A stretch of DNA of 64,000 nt from an uncultured Collinsella sp. (GTDB lineage Bacteria > Actinomycetota > Coriobacteriia > Coriobacteriales > Coriobacteriaceae), in the NCBI GenBank assembly GCA_959599095.1, contig CAUGGC010000004.1, forward strand, positions 38,357-102,356, in the 5' to 3' direction. The position numbers and the translations under genes are program-made. Positions 59,503 through 64,000 of the stretch are shown piece after piece. Under the pieces are notes generated by a model. It ran no database searches, was not told the DNA's origin, and worked only from the letters and a program-made list of their open reading frames with translations. Numbering within the stretch: position 1 is the stretch's first letter; each line of letters starts with the position of its first letter.

Positions 59503-61046
59503 ATGAGGGGCATGGGAGACACAACCGCATATCTGCGTCGGGGCATTCGGGAGATTATATGCCTGGCGCTGTTCTCCTTCACGTTTTTGGCGTGCGAGTA
59601 TCTCTTTGATGTGCGCATGGCCGAGTTCGTGTCTCCGAACGAGGTCGTTATTTATGAGAGCCTTGTCCTCGGCGCGAGCGTGATTGGCTTTTTGTGCGTC
59701 CCATTCTGTATTATCACCGTTCCCATGCCATCGACGCAACGAGTGGCGTCACGGGCGTTTTGCTGGTGGCGGCATTGCTGCTGTTGATTATGGCGGTTCA
59801 GGTTGAGGTAATAATTGCCGGAGGTTTGGTGGCGTGCTGCGCGCTGGGCTACTGCGGATCGACTGCTCACGCAAACTTTGCGCGGCGCTTTGCGCGGACG
59901 CCTTGCTTGGCGCGCGCCGCAGCACTTTCCTACGCCATGGGCGTTCTGGTGCAGGTGCTCAACCACATGGTGATGCCTGCCGGCATTCCTCAGCAGGCTG
60001 TTCTGGTCGTCTGCGCGATCGCGCAGGTGGCGTCGCTCCACGGCGCCCGACGCGCCAAGCTTCGCGACGAGTCAGATCCCAACTTTGAACCCAATGTTGC
60101 CGGGCTTTCGGTAGATGCTTTGGAATATGGTGCCAAGTGGCAAGACGATCCCGAGGCAAAGGCGGCATTCCGCCGCGCCGTAGCTCGCTTGACCGTGGCG
60201 ACAGCGTGTCTTTCCGGCGTATTCGCCGCTCTCAACGCGGGCTTCACGACCTTGCATGCTGTCGGAGCCGTCGATTTGGGCGATTGGCCGCGCCTGCTGC
60301 TTGTCGTGAGCTCGTTGGTCGCTGGCGCACTATTTGACCTGCACGGCCGCTCGTATATGAATATCGGCATGACATGTGCCGCCATACTGTCCACGCTTTC
60401 GTTCTTTGTGCTTATCGTCGACGGCAATGGTGGCAACGAGCTCGCTGCCACGATCATTTTTTATCTGGGCTCGGGCTTTTTCGTGGTGTTCTTTACCACA
60501 AAATATGCCGCCGTCTCGCTCTATGCGCGCTGGTCATATTTTTGGCCGTGCATGGGTCGCGTCGTCAACAACGTGTGCTCGATGCTCGTGACGGCGCCGG
60601 CGGTGGCGATTATCTCGAGTCAAAACGTGCTGGCTGCGGTCGGTGCGGCGCTCGTGATGTTTGTGGGCATTGCGATTACGCTGCTGGGGCAGTTGGGGCA
60701 ACGAGCCGATGATGCCGTGATGCAGGATGGCCTGCCGCTTGCCACCGACGATCTTGGTGGGGATCTTGCGCCCACATGCTTCGACCCCGAGCCCGTGGAG
60801 GCAGCGGAGCTCACGTCCGATGAACGCCTTGATGCCTTCGTCGCCACCTTTGGGCTTACAGAGCGCGAGCGCGATATTCTTGAGGTCTTGGTCGTTTCGG
60901 ACCAGAGCGTTCAGGACATCGCCACAACGCTCTTTCTTTCGCGCTCCACGCTCTATCGCCACATTTCCTCGATCAACAAAAAGGCCGGTACCGCCTCGCG
61001 TGTGGCCCTTATCAACTTCTTCTGGTCCTGGACACCCAAGGACTAG
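59503..61046 (+). pseudogene. Multi-TM LuxR-HTH transcriptional regulator, frameshifted near 59689-59693
   Basis: Hydrophobic ORF 59503-59787 and ORF 59694-61046 (C-terminal GLTERERDIL..IATTLFLSRSTLYRHISSI) join if one T is added to the T5 run. Confidence 0.78.
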
Positions 61047-61060
61047 CTAACCTCCCAATA

Positions 61061-61127
61061 AGTTGCGGTGGAATAGTCCCTAAATTAAAGTCACGGGGCT
61101 TTAAACAGGAACTATTTCACCGCAACT
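61061..61127. repeat. Long hairpin between convergent genes
   Basis: 21-bp arms AGTTGCGGTGGAATAGTCCCT / AGGAACTATTTCACCGCAACT, 2 mismatches. Confidence 0.7.
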
Positions 61128-61227
61128 GCTGGGGGGATAGACTGCGGCGGCGGCAGAGGCAGCGGCAGCGGCGTTGGCAGCTGTGGTAGTGGCAACGGCA
61201 GCTGGCAGGGTGTTTTCCGTCTACTTG

Positions 61228-63996
61228 CTACAGCAGCTCGCCGTGGCGGGCAATGTAGCGGCACTTTGCCAGCTGGGTGAGCGCGATATAGGCGGTAACG
61301 ATGCCAATGAGCAGCCCAAAAAAGCTCGTGGGCAGCGGCATGAGGCCGAGCGCATCGGCGATGGGGCTTGCCGGCAGACAGGTGACGAGCGCCAGGCCCA
61401 GCACGGTAAGAACGCACAATGCGGGCGCGGCGTGGTCGCGCGGGCTCGGCAGATGCGGGGAGCGCAACATGTGGACCACGAGTGTCTGCGACCACATGGA
61501 CTCGACAAACCAGCCGCTCTGGAAGAGCGCAGCAAAGGTCGCCATACCCGCGACGTCGCCCGCGGCGGCAAGCTCGGACCAGCTTGCGTCCACGGCGGCG
61601 GGGCACACGACAAAGAAGAGCGCGGCGAAGGTCACGATGTCAAACAGCGAGCTCACGGGGCCCAGCTCGAGCATAAAGCCCTTGATGGACGCGGCGTCCC
61701 AGGCACGCGGGCGGGCAGTCCAGGCGTCATCGACGGTGTCCCACGGCAGTGCGATGCACACGATCTCGTAGACCAGCGACAGCAGTACCAGCTGCAGGGC
61801 GCTCATGGGCAAAAACGGCAAGAACAGGCTCGCGACGGTCACGGACAGCACATTGCCAAAGTTGGAGCTCACCGTGGTCTTGAGGTACTTGAGCAGGTTG
61901 CCGTAAGTGCGGCGGCCTTCGATGATGCCGCGCTCGAGCACGCCCAGGTCCTTCTGAAGCAAGATGATATCGGCGGATTCCTTGGCAATATCGACGGCCG
62001 AATCGACCGAGATGCCGCAATCGCTCGCACGCATGGCGGCGGCGTCGTTGATGCCGTCGCCCATAAAGCCCACGGTGTGGCCGAGCATCTCGCGCATGAC
62101 ACGTACCAGGCGCGCCTTCTGCAGCGGCGAGAGCTTGGTGAAGAGGTGGGTTTTCTCGGCGCGCTCGGCAAGTTCGGCGTCATCGAGCGCATCGATCTCG
62201 GAGCCGAGCAAGACGTTGCTCGCATCGATACCAATCTGCTCGCAGACGGTGGCGGCGACGCGGTCGTTGTCGCCGGTTAGGACCTTGACCGCCACGCCCT
62301 TGGCCTCGAGGGTGGCGACGGCGCCCGCGGCACTTGCTTTGGGCGGATCGAGGAAGGCCAAAAAGCCCATCAGCACCATGTCGCACTCGTCGGCGATGCC
62401 AAACTCGCCCACGCAGCGCGGATTGGTCTTCTGCGCCACGGCAATTACGCGTAGGCCCTCGGCGTTAAGTCCGGCGATCTGCTTGCGAATCTGGGCGAGC
62501 TTCTCGTCGGTGAGCGGCTGAGCGATGCCATCGATCTCGACAAAGGAGCAGATCTCGAGCATTTCCTCGGCAGCCCCCTTGGTAACCATCTGGGTTTTGC
62601 CTTGGGCGTCGGCGACAACTACGCTCAGGCGACGGCGCGAGAAATCGAAGGGAACCTCGTCGACCTTGGTGTAGCGGTCGCGCAGGCTCTGGCCCAGCAT
62701 GGAATCGGGTGCGACGGTCGAGGGTGTCACATCGGCACGGTCGATTACGGCCAGGTCGATAAGATTTTTGAGGCCGGTCTGGAAGAAGCTGTTCAAAAAC
62801 GCATGGCGCAGCACGCGCGCGTCCTCGTTGCCATCGGTGTTGAGGTAGCGCTCGAGCACGATGCGGTCTTCGGTGAGGGTGCCGGTCTTGTCGCAGCACA
62901 GGACGTCCATCGCTCCGAGGTTTTGAATCGCCGGCAGCTCCTTGACGATAACCTGGCGACGGGCGAGGTCCTTGGCGCCCTGCGACAGGCTCGTGGTCAC
63001 GATGACGGGAAGCATCTGCGGCGTGATGCCCACGGCCACGCTCGTGGCGAACAGCAGCGCGTCGATGACGTTGCCCTTGGTGGCGGCGTTGATGGCAAAG
63101 ACGGCCGGCGCCATAACGAGCATCAGGCGCACCAGCAGCATGGAGACGCTCGAGACGCCGCGGTCAAACGCGCTCTTTTCGCCGCGCCCGTTGAGCATCT
63201 TGGCGATGCCGCCCAGGTAGGTGTCCGAGCCGGTGGCAACGACAAGCGCCATGGCGGCGCCGTTTTGCACGGAGGTGCCGGTAAAGACGATGTTCTTGCA
63301 GGCAGAGAGTGGCAGTGCGGAGCCGTCGGCGCCCTCGACGACGGTGACGGCGGTGGTCTTCTCGACGGCCTCACTCTCGCCGGTGAGTGCGGACTCGATC
63401 ACAAACAGGTCGCGCGCGGTGATGATGCGGGCATCTGCCGGCACCATATCGCCGGCAGAGAGGCGGATTACATCGCCGGGGACGAGCTCGTCGAAGGGGA
63501 TCTCGATGCGCCCGCCGTCGCGCAGGGCGGTGCAAGTGTTGGAGACCAGGTCCTTAAGGGCCTCGGCCGCATTGCCGCTGCGGGCTTCCTGGATAAACTT
63601 CATACCGCCCGATACCAGCAGCATGATGCCGATGACGATGACCGTGGAGGGGTCGCGCTGCGGCTCGGGTACGGCGAGCACGTCGATGTAGAGCGAGACC
63701 AGCGCGAGCGCGGCGAGGATGCCGGCGAAGGGATCGATGAACGCGTCGGCGATGCGGCGGGCGAGCGTTTTGGTCGTTGCCTCGATGGTGTTGGGGCCGA
63801 CGGCGTTCAGGCGCTCAGTTGCCTGCTCGACGGTGAGGCCGTTTGCCGTGGCGTCAAGCAGTACGAGGGCGTCCTCGGCACTATGGGTGGCGGCGAATAT
63901 GGTGTTCTTGGACAGGCCGGTATGAGCGGCAGGGCGCGCCGTGCGGCGGCGCTTGGAGATGGCTTCGAGTACCGTGACGGTTTTGAGCATCAGCAT
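61228..63996 (-). CDS. mgtA: Magnesium-translocating P-type ATPase
   Basis: TGES, DKTGTLT, PFDFSRRR, GDGIND, SSNFGN, FQSGWFVES; start is at the window edge and uncertain. Confidence 0.93.
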   Translation of the reverse strand: MLMLKTVTVLEAISKRRRTARPAAHTGLSKNTIFAATHSAEDALVLLDATANGLTVEQATERLNAVGPNTIEATTKTLARRIADAFIDPFAGILAALALVSLYIDVLAVPEPQRDPSTVIVIGIMLLVSGGMKFIQEARSGNAAEALKDLVSNTCTALRDGGRIEIPFDELVPGDVIRLSAGDMVPADARIITARDLFVIESALTGESEAVEKTTAVTVVEGADGSALPLSACKNIVFTGTSVQNGAAMALVVATGSDTYLGGIAKMLNGRGEKSAFDRGVSSVSMLLVRLMLVMAPAVFAINAATKGNVIDALLFATSVAVGITPQMLPVIVTTSLSQGAKDLARRQVIVKELPAIQNLGAMDVLCCDKTGTLTEDRIVLERYLNTDGNEDARVLRHAFLNSFFQTGLKNLIDLAVIDRADVTPSTVAPDSMLGQSLRDRYTKVDEVPFDFSRRRLSVVVADAQGKTQMVTKGAAEEMLEICSFVEIDGIAQPLTDEKLAQIRKQIAGLNAEGLRVIAVAQKTNPRCVGEFGIADECDMVLMGFLAFLDPPKASAAGAVATLEAKGVAVKVLTGDNDRVAATVCEQIGIDASNVLLGSEIDALDDAELAERAEKTHLFTKLSPLQKARLVRVMREMLGHTVGFMGDGINDAAAMRASDCGISVDSAVDIAKESADIILLQKDLGVLERGIIEGRRTYGNLLKYLKTTVSSNFGNVLSVTVASLFLPFLPMSALQLVLLSLVYEIVCIALPWDTVDDAWTARPRAWDAASIKGFMLELGPVSSLFDIVTFAALFFVVCPAAVDASWSELAAAGDVAGMATFAALFQSGWFVESMWSQTLVVHMLRSPHLPSPRDHAAPALCVLTVLGLALVTCLPASPIADALGLMPLPTSFFGLLIGIVTAYIALTQLAKCRYIARHGELL

Positions 63997-64000
63997 AGGG

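Noticed and set aside
61130..61225. Proline-rich reading frame / CTGCCG-like hexamer repeats near mgtA as an MgtL-like leader peptide
   Set aside because: It lies downstream of mgtA, has no start or RBS, and is a short degenerate simple repeat

Overview
A high-GC (by eye about 60-65%) bacterial chromosome segment. Gene content and protein style suggest Coriobacteriia, probably Collinsella; this is inference, not a database match. Housekeeping and accessory genes, in order: prs (partial), glmU, a CbrT-type ECF transporter, exodeoxyribonuclease III, a sirtuin, a FolP-FolK fusion, a degenerate BirA-like protein, coaX and the initiator tRNA-Met. Next come an HGDR-motif Old Yellow Enzyme (bilirubin reductase BilR-like), an orphan IS3-OrfA-like HTH gene and a complete Ech-type [NiFe] hydrogenase operon with fused EchA-EchB. 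The rest holds two ABC exporters, two two-component systems, four Mg2+ handling genes (CNNM/CorC, MgtE-like, NRMT, MgtA), an OatA-like acyltransferase, rbsK, a nucleoside hydrolase, luxS, a GH1 phospho-glucosidase, an SPFH/zinc-ribbon operon and a frameshifted membrane LuxR regulator. The most unusual signal is non-coding: at least four families of palindromic elements. (1) A 57-bp unit with 16-bp arms and an invariant 25-nt loop, 6 copies. (2) A ~160-bp covarying long hairpin, 3 copies. (3) A 29-bp covarying hairpin, at least 5 copies. (4) A ~190-bp palindrome lying in frame inside the ECF ATPase gene. A lone AAA-ATPase/wHTH gene is bracketed by direct repeats made of a host gene 3' end plus the 57-bp units, like an integrase-free gene cassette. 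No CRISPR array, rRNA, intact transposase or integrase was found.
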